Below are positions 27,928 through 39,093 of a stretch of DNA of 64,000 bases, piece after piece. Source of the stretch: Polyangiales bacterium (GTDB taxonomy: Bacteria > Myxococcota_A > Polyangia > Polyangiales > Ga0077539). The stretch's first letter is position 1. Every line of letters begins with the position of its first letter. The DNA is taken from contig JBGARZ010000026.1 of assembly GCA_044229975.1 (NCBI GenBank), forward strand, positions 1 through 64,000, read 5' to 3'. The notes beneath the pieces are model-generated. The model was not told the DNA's origin and did no database searches. It worked only from the letters and a program-made list of their open reading frames with translations. A program made the position numbers and the translations under genes.

Positions 27928-28670
27928 GCGACCGTGACGCACCACGGGTCATCGCCCGGTCCGAGCGCCACCGTCGTCGAGCGGTGCGCGGCGAGCGCCT
28001 CCACCAGCGGCAGCGCCCACGCGACGCCGTGACCGATGTGCGGCGGTTGCCTCGTGTCGACCGCCGCGACACCCGAGCGGCGCAGCGCGGAGAGCGTCGG
28101 CGCACCTTGCGCCATCGATGCGCTCAGGTGCAACGCGAGCCCGAGCGACGGGTGCGGTTCGCGATGGGGGAGCGGCGCGGGGACGGACTCCTCGGCGAAG
28201 GCCACCACGACGTCGCCGCCGTGCGCGTCGAGCCACCCGTAGGCTTCGAGCAGGGCCATCGCCACGAGGTCGTCGCCGCCGCTCAACGACGTCGAGAACG
28301 CCCGGTTGCGAAGCGCCACGGCGAAGTTGCCGCCAGAGGAGTTGTGCACGCTGTTCTTGAAGCGGATGGGCGACGAGGCAGCGGTGGTGTCGACGAGGTC
28401 GATGAGCACCACCGCGGTCTGCACCTCACCGAGACTCGACGCGAACACCGTGGGCGTCGTCACGGGGTCAGCGCCTGCTGCGCGTATCGCCTGCAACGCG
28501 ACCTCGACGGCGATGCGGGTGCAGGGGCCGGTTCCGCGCAGGGCGTGCGGGGGAATGCCCGTGCACGGCGGGTCGGCGATGGGCGCGGGCGTGCGAGACG
28601 TCCAGGCGTCGAGCGAGGGAAACCCCGGCGTCCAGAGGCCGAGACCGCGCACCGAGAGAGGGCGCGTCAC
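27924..28670 (-). CDS. Beta-ketoacyl synthase chain-length factor (ApeC-like)
   Basis: VFASSLGE, SPIRFKNSVHN, ALLEA, V.FAEE..P; no catalytic Cys. Confidence 0.88.
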   Translation of the reverse strand: MTRPLSVRGLGLWTPGFPSLDAWTSRTPAPIADPPCTGIPPHALRGTGPCTRIAVEVALQAIRAAGADPVTTPTVFASSLGEVQTAVVLIDLVDTTAASSPIRFKNSVHNSSGGNFAVALRNRAFSTSLSGGDDLVAMALLEAYGWLDAHGGDVVVAFAEESVPAPLPHREPHPSLGLALHLSASMAQGAPTLSALRRSGVAAVDTRQPPHIGHGVAWALPLVEALAAHRSTTVALGPGDDPWCVTVA

Positions 28671-29845
28671 GCGGCACCGAGGAGGAGGCTGACGTTGCTT
28701 CCGCCGAAGCCGAAGGAGTTGCTGAGCACCACCCGACAGCGCAACGAGGCGGGCGCGAGGTTGATGTGGATGCCCACCCCGGGGTCAAGCGGCGACGACC
28801 CGAGGCTCGGCGGAATCCTTCCCTCCTCAAGACTCGCGAGTGCGATGGCGGCCTCGATGGCGCCCGCCGCGCCGAGGCAGTGCCCGGTCGCGCCCTTCGT
28901 GGACACCGTCGGAACGTCCCGCCCGAACACCTCCGCCACGACCCTCGACTCGACGGCGTCGTTCTGCGGAGTGCCCGTCCCGTGGGCGTTGATGTGATCG
29001 ACCACGGCAGCGTCGAGGCCCGCCTGCGCGAGCGCACCCAGCATGGCCGCGCGGCTGCCGTGGCCCTCCGGGTCAGGCGACGACATGTGATAGCCGTCCG
29101 ACCCTTCGCCCACCCCGAGGAGCATCGCCCTCCCGTCGCCCTCGCGCTCCAGCACGAACACGGCTCCGCCCTCCCCGAGGTTGAGCCCGTCGCGGCCGAG
29201 GCCGAAGGGACGACACGCTCGCGCCGACAAGATACCCAGCGAATGAAACCCGTAGAGCGTGGTGCGACAGAGCGCGTCGACGCCGCCCACGATGGCCGCA
29301 TCGATGACGCCGAGGCGCAGGAGACGCTGGGCGCACGCGAACACCTTGCCGCTCGACGAGCAGGCCGTGGAGACCGTGTAGCCGGGGCCGCGCAGACCGA
29401 AGCGCGCGCGGGTGAGGTCGACGACGGCGTGCAGGCTGTGCTTGCGGCGCAGGTCGTAGTCATCGGGCAGCGCGCCGGTCGCGCGGTGGATGCGGAGCGC
29501 GGCTTCGGTCTGTTCGAGGCCGCCGACGCTGGTGCCGAGGAAGACGCCCACGCGATCGGCCCCGTGACGGCGGACGGCGGACTCGACGGCGCCAGCGACG
29601 TCATCGAGCAGGCGATGGACGATGCGCGCGGCGCGCGAGTCGAAGGCAACGAGCGAGTCGCCGAGCGGAGGGAGGTCGGCGACGACGCCGCAGAGGGTGG
29701 TGAAGGGCAGCTCGACGTCGGGCGCGCGAAGGCCCGAGCGACCCGACAGAACACCCTCGATGGTGTTGGCGAGACCGGTGCCCAGCGCCGTACACGCCGC
29801 GTAGGCCGTGATGGGGATCGGTTGGACGGGGGCCGCGGGAAACAA
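28667..29845 (-). CDS. Beta-ketoacyl-ACP synthase (ApeO-like)
   Basis: STACSSSGKVF, GGVDALC.TTLYGF.SL, INAHGTGTPQND, KGATGHCLGAAG, SNSFGFGGSN; start uncertain. Confidence 0.93.
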   Translation of the reverse strand: MFPAAPVQPIPITAYAACTALGTGLANTIEGVLSGRSGLRAPDVELPFTTLCGVVADLPPLGDSLVAFDSRAARIVHRLLDDVAGAVESAVRRHGADRVGVFLGTSVGGLEQTEAALRIHRATGALPDDYDLRRKHSLHAVVDLTRARFGLRGPGYTVSTACSSSGKVFACAQRLLRLGVIDAAIVGGVDALCRTTLYGFHSLGILSARACRPFGLGRDGLNLGEGGAVFVLEREGDGRAMLLGVGEGSDGYHMSSPDPEGHGSRAAMLGALAQAGLDAAVVDHINAHGTGTPQNDAVESRVVAEVFGRDVPTVSTKGATGHCLGAAGAIEAAIALASLEEGRIPPSLGSSPLDPGVGIHINLAPASLRCRVVLSNSFGFGGSNVSLLLGAA

Positions 29846-29941
29846 AGGACGGGGTGTCTATCACGCGGCGCCGGGACCGCGCCACGGCAGCGGGCTCCGT
29901 CATGCGGCGGGGAAGCTCGACGTTGACCGTCGCTGGTCACA

Positions 29942-30649
29942 GTGATGCCATCCCCGACCATGCTTACTGGTGGGACCGCTTTGCTCTGCGGCGCAGGGCT
30001 CTTTGTGGCGTCGTCGACGCTCCACGCCGACCCGAGACGACGCCCCGTCGAGATCGATGGTGAGGCCGGGGTGGTGGTGTTCGTCGGGTCGGCGTACCGC
30101 GACTCGCTCCGCGCCTTCGGGCAGGACGGGCCCAACGCCGGCTTCCAGCTCACCGGGCGCGCGTTGTGGGCCCTCGGCGACCGCGTGCACATGGGCTTCC
30201 GCGTCGGCTACCTCGTCTCGAGGGCCGATGCGGGAGACACCCTGCCCGACTACATCCTGGGCGCGAGGTCCGCTGGCAACACCCAGTTCCACCTCTTCGA
30301 CGCCGGGTGGGCGCTGCGCTTGATCGTGGCGAAGTCGCCCCCGCCGGACACGTCGGGCCCACGGCCGGGACTTCAGTTGGACGCCGGGGCGTCCGGCACG
30401 CGCTTCGGCTTCGATCTGGAGCTCGGCGCCGTGGCCGCGCTCACCACCTGGCCACGAGGCGATGACGTTCGCTTGTTGCCGCGCGTCGGCGTGGCGGCGT
30501 TGCTGGCCTTCGGGACCCGCACCAGCCTCAGCCTCGCGATGCGCATGGGAGTTCAATACATCCCTTCGGGTGGGGCATCGGGCGGCGCCTGGGGCGACCC
30601 AGCCTTCGCGGGCGTGACCTTCGGCTTCGAGCTCGGAGGTCGCCCATGA
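29942..30649 (+). CDS. Secreted hypothetical protein, possible small outer-membrane beta-barrel
   Basis: Signal-like N-terminus (..TLHA|D), alternating hydrophobic beta-strand pattern, GVTFGFELG C-terminus. Confidence 0.6.
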   Translation: MMPSPTMLTGGTALLCGAGLFVASSTLHADPRRRPVEIDGEAGVVVFVGSAYRDSLRAFGQDGPNAGFQLTGRALWALGDRVHMGFRVGYLVSRADAGDTLPDYILGARSAGNTQFHLFDAGWALRLIVAKSPPPDTSGPRPGLQLDAGASGTRFGFDLELGAVAALTTWPRGDDVRLLPRVGVAALLAFGTRTSLSLAMRMGVQYIPSGGASGGAWGDPAFAGVTFGFELGGRP

Positions 30650-32298
30650 AGCGCTACGCACTCTTCGTCGCGTTCGGCTTCGCGCTCTACGACTGCAACT
30701 TCCTGGGCTCCGACCTCGGGTGTCAGAGCACCATCATCGACAACCAGCAGCTCGACTTCGAGAGCGCCTGCACCGGCGCCAACTGCACGCTCACGACCCT
30801 CGGATCGACCGAGATGGTCCCGTCGCTTCTCCCGGGTGACCACGCGCTCGCGCTCGACGCCGCAGCCTCCGCCACGTGGACGCTCGGCATCGCAGGCAAC
30901 GGCGAAGGAACCTCCCTCGCCATGAGCTTCCGCTGCGACGAGGGCGGCTCGTTGCTGCTCGGTGTGCAGGGCACTGGTGGCGTGTCCATGAACGTCGGCG
31001 CGACCGCCGACTGGCAGCGACGCGTGTGGCCCCTCAACGGGACGCCGACGTCCTTCGGGACGATGGCGGACGCCACGGCGGGGCGACACGAGGCGGTGGT
31101 CGGGGTGAGCAACTCGGGGCGCGCCCGCTGCGTCATCGACTGGCTGCGCTTCGTGGCGGCTCCTCGCGTGTGCCGAAACTCGCGCGCGTGCTCATCCCTC
31201 TCGCAGACCTTCTGCAACGGCGCGTGCGCCGACCTCAACCGCGACCCCCGCAACTGCGGCGCCTGCGGCCAGGTCTGCGGGGCGTCCCAGTCCTGCGAGA
31301 GGGGTGTGTGCCGCCCGATCGACTGCGGGTTCTGCCCACGCGGCACCTACTGCTCGGCCGAAGGGGTTTGTACAAGCTCCGATGCGGGCTTCTACGACGT
31401 GCCTGACGTCCAGCCTCGCGACACTGGCGTGCGCCCCGACGTCGGTGTGCCGTCGCGGACTGCGGTGGTCGCGGGACGGCGATGCACCAACGACGAGGCG
31501 TGCGTCACCGACGCGGCGGACCTCGTCTGCACCGAGCTCCCGGGCGGCCGGATCTGCTCGGGCGTACGGTTCTGCGAGCAGGGCACCATCGCGCAGGAGG
31601 AGGCGCAGTGCGGCGGCCGCTTCTCGACCTGCCTCGCGGTGGGCCGCCGCGCCGACGGCACGCAGGCGAGTGCGTGCACCCGCGCGTGCGTCGCGACGGC
31701 CGGCAGTGAGGAGACCGGCGCCTGCCCGTCGGGCTCGGTGTGCACCACCACGTCGCTCCTGCTCGACCCGATGCAGACCGAGAGCCCCGGCTGCCTCCCC
31801 TTCTGTGAGCGCGACAGCGACTGCACCGGCATCGCGGCGGGCGACGCCTCGCTCATGCGCTGCAACACCCGCACGGGTCGCTGCGCAAACGAGCCGCACG
31901 ACCCGCGCCTCCGCGCCGACGGTCTCCCGTGCGACCCGCAGGAGATAGTTCGCACGACGGTTTCGCAGTGCCGCGGGACGTGCTTCGCGCTCAACGCGGC
32001 GCGCCCGACGGAGGGCATCTGCGGGTCGCTGATCAACGTCGGCAGCGGCACAGGGGCCTGCCCCGACGGCGCCGACATGAGGCCGCGCACGGTGTCGGGC
32101 GACAACCTGGGCTTGTGCATCGTCCGCGACTGCGAGCGAAACGATCAATGCGCACCGGGGCTGGTGTGCGTGCACCCCGAGGACTCCGCGACGGGAGTGC
32201 GCGTTGATCTCCCTCGCACGTGCAGCTACCCGACCGCCCTGCAACCGGGCGGGGCCACGGGCGATGCGGGCGTGCGCGCGGACGTCGCGATGGACTGA
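30646..32298 (+). CDS. Cys-rich secreted protein/lipoprotein (myxobacterial type)
   Basis: GGAGG RBS; CNGACADL..DP.NCGACG..C module; many paired Cys; DAG linkers. Confidence 0.85.
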   Translation: MKRYALFVAFGFALYDCNFLGSDLGCQSTIIDNQQLDFESACTGANCTLTTLGSTEMVPSLLPGDHALALDAAASATWTLGIAGNGEGTSLAMSFRCDEGGSLLLGVQGTGGVSMNVGATADWQRRVWPLNGTPTSFGTMADATAGRHEAVVGVSNSGRARCVIDWLRFVAAPRVCRNSRACSSLSQTFCNGACADLNRDPRNCGACGQVCGASQSCERGVCRPIDCGFCPRGTYCSAEGVCTSSDAGFYDVPDVQPRDTGVRPDVGVPSRTAVVAGRRCTNDEACVTDAADLVCTELPGGRICSGVRFCEQGTIAQEEAQCGGRFSTCLAVGRRADGTQASACTRACVATAGSEETGACPSGSVCTTTSLLLDPMQTESPGCLPFCERDSDCTGIAAGDASLMRCNTRTGRCANEPHDPRLRADGLPCDPQEIVRTTVSQCRGTCFALNAARPTEGICGSLINVGSGTGACPDGADMRPRTVSGDNLGLCIVRDCERNDQCAPGLVCVHPEDSATGVRVDLPRTCSYPTALQPGGATGDAGVRADVAMD

Positions 32299-32436
32299 CG
32301 GCGACCGGCTCCGCTCGTTCTCGTCAGCGGGCGTGAGCGGTCGCACCCGTCGCTTCGCGACGGTGAGGCGGGTACTGCCAGAGTGGGAGGGAGCGCCGGT
32401 CGCTGATGACTGGCGAGGAGGAGAGCGAGCGAGAGC

Positions 32437-33318
32437 TCAGCCCATCATGGACTTGAGCGTCTCGGCCATCTGGGCAGGCGTCGGGGCGACCTTGATGCCC
32501 GCCGCCTCGAAGGCCTCGATCTTGTCGATCGCGCGGCCCTTGCCGCCAGAGATCACCGCGCCGGCGTGGCCCATGCGCTTGCCCGGCGGGGCCGTCGTGC
32601 CCGCGATGAAGCCCGCGACGGGCTTCTTCATGTTGGCCTTCACCCACGCCGCCGCGCGCTCTTCGGCGCCGCCGCCGATCTCGCCGATCATGATGACCCC
32701 TTCGGTCTGCGGGTCGTCGTTGAAGAGCTTGAGCACGTCGATGAAGTCGGTGCCGTTCACCGGGTCGCCGCCGATGCCGACGCAGGTGCTCTGGCCGATG
32801 CCGAGCGCGCTGAGCTGACCGACCGCCTCGTAGGTGAGCGTGCCCGAGCGCGACACCACACCGATCGGGCCCACCTTGTGGATGTGCCCGGGCATGATGC
32901 CGATCTTGCACAGCCCCGGCGTGATGACGCCCGGACAGTTGGGCCCGATGAGCCGCAGGTCCTTGTTGAGACGGTGCTCCAGCGCGCGGCGCACCTTCAC
33001 CATGTCCATCACCGGGATGCCCTCGGTGATGCACACGATGAGGGACACCCCGGCATCGGCCGCTTCGAGAATCGCGTCCGCCGCGCCCGCCGGCGGCACG
33101 AAGATCACCGACGCGTTGGCGCCGGACTGCTTCACCGCGTCGCCCACGGTGTTGAACACCGGGACGCTGTTTTCAAAGGTGGTTCCGCCTGCGCCAGGGG
33201 TGACGCCGCCGACCACCTTGGTGCCGTACGCGAGCATCTGCTTCGCGTGAAACGAGCCGAACTTCCCCGTGATGCCCTGCACCACCAGGCGCGTGTCCGC
33301 GCCGACCAGGATCGCCAT
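32437..33318 (-). CDS. sucD: Succinyl-CoA synthetase alpha subunit
   Basis: [37 protein letters not shown]. Confidence 0.98.
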   Translation of the reverse strand: MAILVGADTRLVVQGITGKFGSFHAKQMLAYGTKVVGGVTPGAGGTTFENSVPVFNTVGDAVKQSGANASVIFVPPAGAADAILEAADAGVSLIVCITEGIPVMDMVKVRRALEHRLNKDLRLIGPNCPGVITPGLCKIGIMPGHIHKVGPIGVVSRSGTLTYEAVGQLSALGIGQSTCVGIGGDPVNGTDFIDVLKLFNDDPQTEGVIMIGEIGGGAEERAAAWVKANMKKPVAGFIAGTTAPPGKRMGHAGAVISGGKGRAIDKIEAFEAAGIKVAPTPAQMAETLKSMMG

Positions 33319-33327
33319 CGGTTTCCT

Positions 33328-34539
33328 CTACTTCCCGTTCACGAGGCTGGTGATCTTCTGCGCGCCGTCGAGCATGCTCGACGCCGGGGTGATCGCGAGG
33401 CCGCTGTCGGCGAGCAGCTTGCGCCCCTCTTCGACGTTGGTGCCTTCGAGGCGCACCACCAGCGGAACCTTCAGCCCGAGGGCCCTGGTCGCGTTGATGA
33501 CGCCCTGCGCGATCACGTCGCACTTCATGATGCCGCCGAAGATGTTCACGAAGATCCCCTTCACCGACGGTGAGCTCAGGATGATCGTGAACGCCTTGGT
33601 CACCGCCTCTTCCGTGGCGCCGCCGCCGACGTCGAGGAAGTTCGCGGGCGTCCCGCCGCAGTGGGCGATGATGTCCATCGTCGCCATCGCGAGGCCCGCG
33701 CCGTTGACGAGGCAGCCGATGTTGCCGTCGAGCGACACGTACGAGAGGCCCGCCTTCTTGGCTTCGAGCTCCGTCGGGTCTTCCTCGCCCGGATCACGCA
33801 GCTCTTCCCAGCCCTTGTGGCGGAAGTCGGCGTTGTCGTCGAAGTTGATCTTCGCATCGAGCGCCATCACCCCGCCGTCGGTGGTGGTGATGAGCGGGTT
33901 CACCTCGACGAGGGAGCAGTCCTCCTCGACGAAGAGCTTGTAGAGCGCCGACAGGAGCGCCGCGAACTTGCCGACCTGGTCCTTGGTGAGACCGAGACCG
34001 AAGCCCAGCTCGCGCGACTGGTACGGCATGAGGCCCGCCGTCGGGTCGACCCACACCTTCAGGATCTTCTCCGGCGTGGTCGCCGCGACGTGCTCGATGT
34101 CCATGCCCCCTTCGGCGCTGGCCATCACGACCACCTTGCGGGTGTCGCGGTCGACCAGCATGCCCAGGTACATCTCGCGGGCGATGCCAATCCCCTGCTC
34201 GATGAACACCGTGCGCACGGTCTGACCCTCGGGGCCCGTCTGGATGGTCACCAGCTTGCCGCCGAGCATCCGCCACGCCGCATCGCGCGCCGCGTCTGCG
34301 CCGCCCTTGCACACCTCGACGCCGCGCGAGACGACGTGGTCGCCCTTGTGCACCTGACCCTTGCCGCGGCCGCCCGCGTGGATCTGCGACTTCACCACGA
34401 CCAACGGTTGACCCGTCTGCGCGGCGAGCTTCTCGGCCGCCGCCTTGGCCTCGTCGGGCGTGGTCGCGGCGATGCCGAGCGGTACGGGGATGCCGTACTT
34501 CCGGAAGATCTCCTTGCCCTGATACTCGTGGATCTTCAC
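33328..34539 (-). CDS. sucC: Succinyl-CoA synthetase beta subunit
   Basis: [49 protein letters not shown]. Confidence 0.98.
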   Translation of the reverse strand: MKIHEYQGKEIFRKYGIPVPLGIAATTPDEAKAAAEKLAAQTGQPLVVVKSQIHAGGRGKGQVHKGDHVVSRGVEVCKGGADAARDAAWRMLGGKLVTIQTGPEGQTVRTVFIEQGIGIAREMYLGMLVDRDTRKVVVMASAEGGMDIEHVAATTPEKILKVWVDPTAGLMPYQSRELGFGLGLTKDQVGKFAALLSALYKLFVEEDCSLVEVNPLITTTDGGVMALDAKINFDDNADFRHKGWEELRDPGEEDPTELEAKKAGLSYVSLDGNIGCLVNGAGLAMATMDIIAHCGGTPANFLDVGGGATEEAVTKAFTIILSSPSVKGIFVNIFGGIMKCDVIAQGVINATRALGLKVPLVVRLEGTNVEEGRKLLADSGLAITPASSMLDGAQKITSLVNGK

Positions 34540-34543
34540 GGGT

Positions 34544-35497
34544 TCAGCTCTGCTGCGCGGAGAGGCGCTTGGCCACGTCGACCACGCCGCGCACGCTCTC
34601 GGCGCTCTTGGCGAGCATCGCCTTCTCGGCGTCGCTCAGCTCGATCTCGACGATGCGCTCGACGCCGTTGCCGCCGATGACGACGGGCACGCCGAGGTAC
34701 ATGTCCTTGTAGCCGTACTGCCCGTCGAGGTACGCGGCGCCCGCGAGCAGGCGCTTCTGGTCGAGGAGGAACGCCTCGGCCATCACCATCGCGCCCATCG
34801 CCGGGGCGTAGTAGGCGCTGGTGCCCATGAGCTTCACGATCTCGCCGCCGCCGCCGCGGGTGCGGTTCTCGATGGCGTCGAGCTTCTCGCTGGAGATGAA
34901 CTGCGACACCGGCACGCCGTTGATGGTGCAGTAGCCGCGCGCGGGCACCATGTCGTCGCCGTGGCCGCCGAGCACCATGGCGCGGACGTCCTTCGGAGAG
35001 ACCTTCGCCTCGGCGGCGAGGAAGTGCGTGAGGCGCGCCGAGTCGAGCACGCCGGCCATGCCGACCACGCGCTCCTTGGCGAAGCCCGTCCACTGCTGGA
35101 AGGCCCACACCATCACGTCGAGGGGGTTGGAGATGACGATGGTGAACGCGTCGGGGCAGTGCTTCTTGGCGTTTTCGGCGACGTTCTTGATGATCGGGAG
35201 GTTGATGCCGACGAGGTCGTCGCGGCTCTGGCCCGGCTTGCGCGGAACGCCCGCGGTGATGATCACCACGTCGGCCCCGGCGCAGTCGGCCCAGTCCGAG
35301 GTGCCGATGATCGACGAGTCGTCGCCCGTGATCGCGCTGTTCTGCATCAGGTCGAGGGCCTTGCCCTTCGCGAAGTCGGCCTTCGAGGGGATGTCGAAGA
35401 GCACCACGTCGCCGAGCTGCTTGCGCGCCGCGATGGCCGCGAGCTCGCCGCCGATGTTGCCTGCGCCGATGAGCGCGATCTTGTTCCGCTTCGCCAT
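34544..35497 (-). CDS. mdh: Malate dehydrogenase (LDH-like)
   Basis: ATG 35497; [44 protein letters not shown]. Confidence 0.97.
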   Translation of the reverse strand: MAKRNKIALIGAGNIGGELAAIAARKQLGDVVLFDIPSKADFAKGKALDLMQNSAITGDDSSIIGTSDWADCAGADVVIITAGVPRKPGQSRDDLVGINLPIIKNVAENAKKHCPDAFTIVISNPLDVMVWAFQQWTGFAKERVVGMAGVLDSARLTHFLAAEAKVSPKDVRAMVLGGHGDDMVPARGYCTINGVPVSQFISSEKLDAIENRTRGGGGEIVKLMGTSAYYAPAMGAMVMAEAFLLDQKRLLAGAAYLDGQYGYKDMYLGVPVVIGGNGVERIVEIELSDAEKAMLAKSAESVRGVVDVAKRLSAQQS

Positions 35498-35648
35498 GAC
35501 GATGGATCTCCGTGTCGGTAGAGGTGTTGGCGGCGCCGTTGCGCACGCCGGATCGGCGCCCGATGTGGGCCCCTCGATGGGAGGGGCAAGGCCGGGCGGG
35601 GCGGGAATGTGCCCGCGCGATCGCCGTTCGTAAAGGGCTTCCGACCGG

Positions 35649-37577
35649 TCAGCGCTGCGGCACGCCGAAGGGGAAGAGGATGGTGGAATTGCCGCCGTTG
35701 CTGCTTCCGCCGCTCCCGAGGTTGCGGCCCATGCGCCACGCCTTCGAGGTGCGGGTGAGGCCCGTGGCATCGGCGTCGACCGGGAAGCGCGCCGCCGACA
35801 GCGCCGCCTGCACGCAGCGCTGCACCCGCGCGGTGCTCCCGCGCGCCGAGCGGAAGGTGACCTCGCTGCTCATGACGGTGCCCGTCGCGTTGCTGAAGGT
35901 CACCACGGCGGCGCACTCCTCGGCGACGTTGCGGTCGGCGCGAAGGCACGCAAACACCGCGGCGTCGACGGTGGTGATGGCCGTGAGCGCGCGCCCCGAG
36001 TAGTCGCGCGCCGGGGCGGGCGTCGTCGGTGCGGGAGCCGACGGCACCGCCGGAACCTCCGTGGGCGTCGGGTCGAGGTGGATGGGCGCAACGGGCGTGC
36101 TCGGGCCGACGGGAGCGACGACGGGCTGACGGCCGCTGGTGATCCACCAGAAGACACCACCGGCGAGGAGGACCATCACGAAGGCGATGCCGAGGGTGAT
36201 GGCGCGCGTGGAGACGCCCGTTGAGGGCGCGACCTTGGGGCGCGCGAGCGGTCCGATGGCCGCGGGCGGCGGTGCGACGTCGAGGGAGCGCGGCGGCGGC
36301 GCGGCCGACAGATCGAGCGAGCCACCGGGTGCGCCGAGCGGGGGAAGACCGGGCGCCGCGGGCCCGCCGAGCGGCGTGAGCGGCGGAGCGGCGAGGTCGA
36401 GGCCGGGCAACGGTGCGCCGAATCCACCCGCGGGCGCAGCCGCTGGCATGGGCTGCATGGGCTGCGCGGGTTGCATTGCCTGAGCAGGCGCCGCCATCGG
36501 GTTGAGGCCCGCGGGAGCCTCGCGGGTCGGAGGAGGCATCGTGGCGAGGCGGCCTGCCATCACACCAGCAGGCGGCGCCGTCGGGTCGGGCGCGGGCGCG
36601 GGCGGTGCGGTGGGCGCGCGCCACGGAACCTCCGGGATGGTGCGCGCGAGCACGCGGACGAACTCCGACGCGTCGAAGCCCGGAGAGAGTCCGTGGATGA
36701 GCGCCCTGAGCTGTTGCGCGAGCAGGCCGGCGGACTGGGTGCGCTGCGCGGGGTCGAGCGCGAGCGCCGAGAGCACCACGGCGTCGAAGGGCTGCGGCAC
36801 CTGCGGGTCGACCCGCGACGGCGCGTCGAAGCGACCCGCGAGGATGACCTGCCGCGCGGCGTTGGGGTCGGAGCGCGGCACCAGCGGGCGCACCAGCAGC
36901 ATCTCCCAGAGCACCACGCCGAGCGCGAACACGTCCACGCGCCAATCCACGGGCGCCCCCGTGAGCAGCTCGGGCGCGGCGTAGGCGAGCTTGGTCACCG
37001 TGGCGCCGGGGGCCGCGCCGCTGAGCACGGCGCGCGCGACGCCGAAATCCGACACCTTCACGGTGCCTTCGAGGGACACGAGGAGGTTCTGCGGCGAGAC
37101 GTCGCGATGAACGATCTGGAGCGAGCGGCGTTGTTCGTCCTCGCGGCGATGCGCGTAGTCGAGCCCCGTCGCGGCTTCGGCGACGAGGTAGGCCACCGCG
37201 ACGGGAGGCAGGCGCTGGCCGCGCTCGGCGCAGGCTTTGAGCACACGGGCCGCGGTGGTGCCCTCGACGTATTCGAGCGCGAGGTAGGCTTCGGGCTGAT
37301 CGCCGAAGTCGAGCACCTGCACCACGTTGGGATGCTCGAGGTACGCATTGATGCGCGCCTCGTGAAGGAAGCGCGCGCGGAGGTTGGGGTCGCCCTGGAG
37401 CCGCGGCAGGATGCGCTTGACCGCGGCGCGCGTGCGAAAACCCCCGTTGGCCTCCCGCTCGGCGCGGTACACCTCTCCCATGCCGCCGCGCCCGAGCAGC
37501 TCGATCAACCGGTATCCGCCGATCGTCGCGGGAGGCGGCGGCTCCCCATGGCCCTGCGCTGGATTGGGGCTCGTCAC
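35649..37577 (-). CDS. Hanks-type Ser/Thr protein kinase with TM segment and small C-terminal domain
   Basis: GRGGMGEVY, AVKRI, HRDVSPQN, DFGVA, YAAPE, DVFALG; probable GTG start 37577. Confidence 0.92.
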   Translation of the reverse strand: MTSPNPAQGHGEPPPPATIGGYRLIELLGRGGMGEVYRAEREANGGFRTRAAVKRILPRLQGDPNLRARFLHEARINAYLEHPNVVQVLDFGDQPEAYLALEYVEGTTAARVLKACAERGQRLPPVAVAYLVAEAATGLDYAHRREDEQRRSLQIVHRDVSPQNLLVSLEGTVKVSDFGVARAVLSGAAPGATVTKLAYAAPELLTGAPVDWRVDVFALGVVLWEMLLVRPLVPRSDPNAARQVILAGRFDAPSRVDPQVPQPFDAVVLSALALDPAQRTQSAGLLAQQLRALIHGLSPGFDASEFVRVLARTIPEVPWRAPTAPPAPAPDPTAPPAGVMAGRLATMPPPTREAPAGLNPMAAPAQAMQPAQPMQPMPAAAPAGGFGAPLPGLDLAAPPLTPLGGPAAPGLPPLGAPGGSLDLSAAPPPRSLDVAPPPAAIGPLARPKVAPSTGVSTRAITLGIAFVMVLLAGGVFWWITSGRQPVVAPVGPSTPVAPIHLDPTPTEVPAVPSAPAPTTPAPARDYSGRALTAITTVDAAVFACLRADRNVAEECAAVVTFSNATGTVMSSEVTFRSARGSTARVQRCVQAALSAARFPVDADATGLTRTSKAWRMGRNLGSGGSSNGGNSTILFPFGVPQR

Positions 37578-37650
37578 GTCAGCGCGGGATGCTCTCGCCT
37601 CCTCCTTCACGGCGCAAGCGAATGGTGCACGGCGCCTTGCGGTCACCGCG

Positions 37651-37998
37651 TTGGTGTGCGGTCTGATGGCGTGTTCCGCGGGCTCGCCCGGCCTGGGCAA
37701 CCTCGGTGGATCGTGGCCGGGCGGCATCGGCGCGACGCTCCGTCACCGCGAGGCGGAGGGAGTGCTGCTGCTCGACCGCGTGCCAGAGAGCGGCGCCGCG
37801 GCGCGGGCGGGGTTGCGTCACGGGGCGCGCATCGTGGCGATCGACGGCGAGCCGGTGCGGGGCCACACGTCGGCCGAGCTCGTCACGCGACTCCGCGGCG
37901 AGGTGGGCACCACCGTCGTGCTGCGGGTGCAGGGCGACGGCGGCGATCGCGACGTGCGCGTCGAGCGGGCGCCGTATGCCCGCGACGCGGGCCGTTGA
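37651..37998 (+). CDS. Small PDZ-domain protein (possible lipoprotein); start uncertain
   Basis: GGIGA, PES.AARAGL..G.RIVAIDGE.V, LRGEVGT.V.LRV, as in the PDZ domains of C-terminal proteases. Confidence 0.75.
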   Translation: MVCGLMACSAGSPGLGNLGGSWPGGIGATLRHREAEGVLLLDRVPESGAAARAGLRHGARIVAIDGEPVRGHTSAELVTRLRGEVGTTVVLRVQGDGGDRDVRVERAPYARDAGR

Positions 37999-38062
37999 CC
38001 TCCCCGCGCCGACCACGGTAGGGACGTGACCCGCCGCGACGCGTGGCACTGGAGATTTCATC

Positions 38063-38974
38063 GTGAGCGTTTTGATCGTTGGATCGATGGCCGTCGACAC
38101 CGTGGAGTTCGCGAGCACGGGTGAGTCGCACGAGCTCGTCGGCGGTTCGGCCACCTTCGCCTCGCTCGCCGCGGGCCTCTACACCGACGTGCGGATGGTG
38201 GGCGTGGTCGGCAAGGACTTCCCCGAGTCGACCCTGAAGACCCTCGCGGGCCGCCGCGTCGACCTCGCGGGCGTGCAGGTGGTGGAGGGCGAGACCTTCC
38301 GCTGGCACGGCCGCTACAACGCCGACCTCTCGTCGCGCGAGTCGCTCGCCACGCATCTCAACGTGTTCGAGCACTTCCGCCCGACGCTGCCGGAGTCGTA
38401 CCGCACGTCGCGCGTCGTGCTGCTCGGCAACATCCACCCCGACCTCCAGTCCGAGGTGCTCGACCAGGTGCAGAAGCCCGAGCTCGTCGTCGCCGACACG
38501 ATGAACTTCTGGATCCACGGCACCCCCGACGCGCTCCGCCGGCTGCTGCGCCGCGTCGACCTCCTGGTCATCAACGAGGAAGAGGCGCGCGACCTCTCCG
38601 GCCACAAGACCATCGCCAAGGTGGGCAAGGCGCTGCGAGCCCTCGGCCCGGCGCGCGTGGTGGTGAAGCAGGGCGAGTACGGCGCGTTTCTGTTCGACGA
38701 GCACGGGGCCTTCCACGCGCCGGCGTTTCCGCTGGAAGACGTGGTCGACCCGACGGGCGCGGGCGACACCTTCGCGGGCGCGATGCTCGGCTACCTCGAC
38801 GCGCAGGGCGCCATCACGGGCGCGGCCCTGCGTCGCGCGGTGGTGCACGGATCGGCGGTCGCGTCGCTGTGCGTCGAGCGCTACGGCACCGCGGGGCTCG
38901 TCGAGGCCACCGCGGCGCAGGTCGAAGAGCGCGTCACGGCCTTCGCGCGCCTCGTGCACTACGAGTCGCTCTGA
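38063..38974 (+). CDS. PfkB-family sugar/nucleoside kinase
   Basis: GGSATF, DTMNFWI, VKQGEYGA, DPTGAGDTFAG. Confidence 0.93.
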   Translation: MSVLIVGSMAVDTVEFASTGESHELVGGSATFASLAAGLYTDVRMVGVVGKDFPESTLKTLAGRRVDLAGVQVVEGETFRWHGRYNADLSSRESLATHLNVFEHFRPTLPESYRTSRVVLLGNIHPDLQSEVLDQVQKPELVVADTMNFWIHGTPDALRRLLRRVDLLVINEEEARDLSGHKTIAKVGKALRALGPARVVVKQGEYGAFLFDEHGAFHAPAFPLEDVVDPTGAGDTFAGAMLGYLDAQGAITGAALRRAVVHGSAVASLCVERYGTAGLVEATAAQVEERVTAFARLVHYESL

Positions 38975-39093
38975 CCGCGACGCGCCGAGCGCTTGCGGGC
39001 GTTGGAGGCTTCGCGTACGGTCCGCGCCGCGCGGGTTAGCGGGGCTTCCTTGACCTCGCGCGCATCCCTCGGACAGCGATCGCGGAGGTTTCC

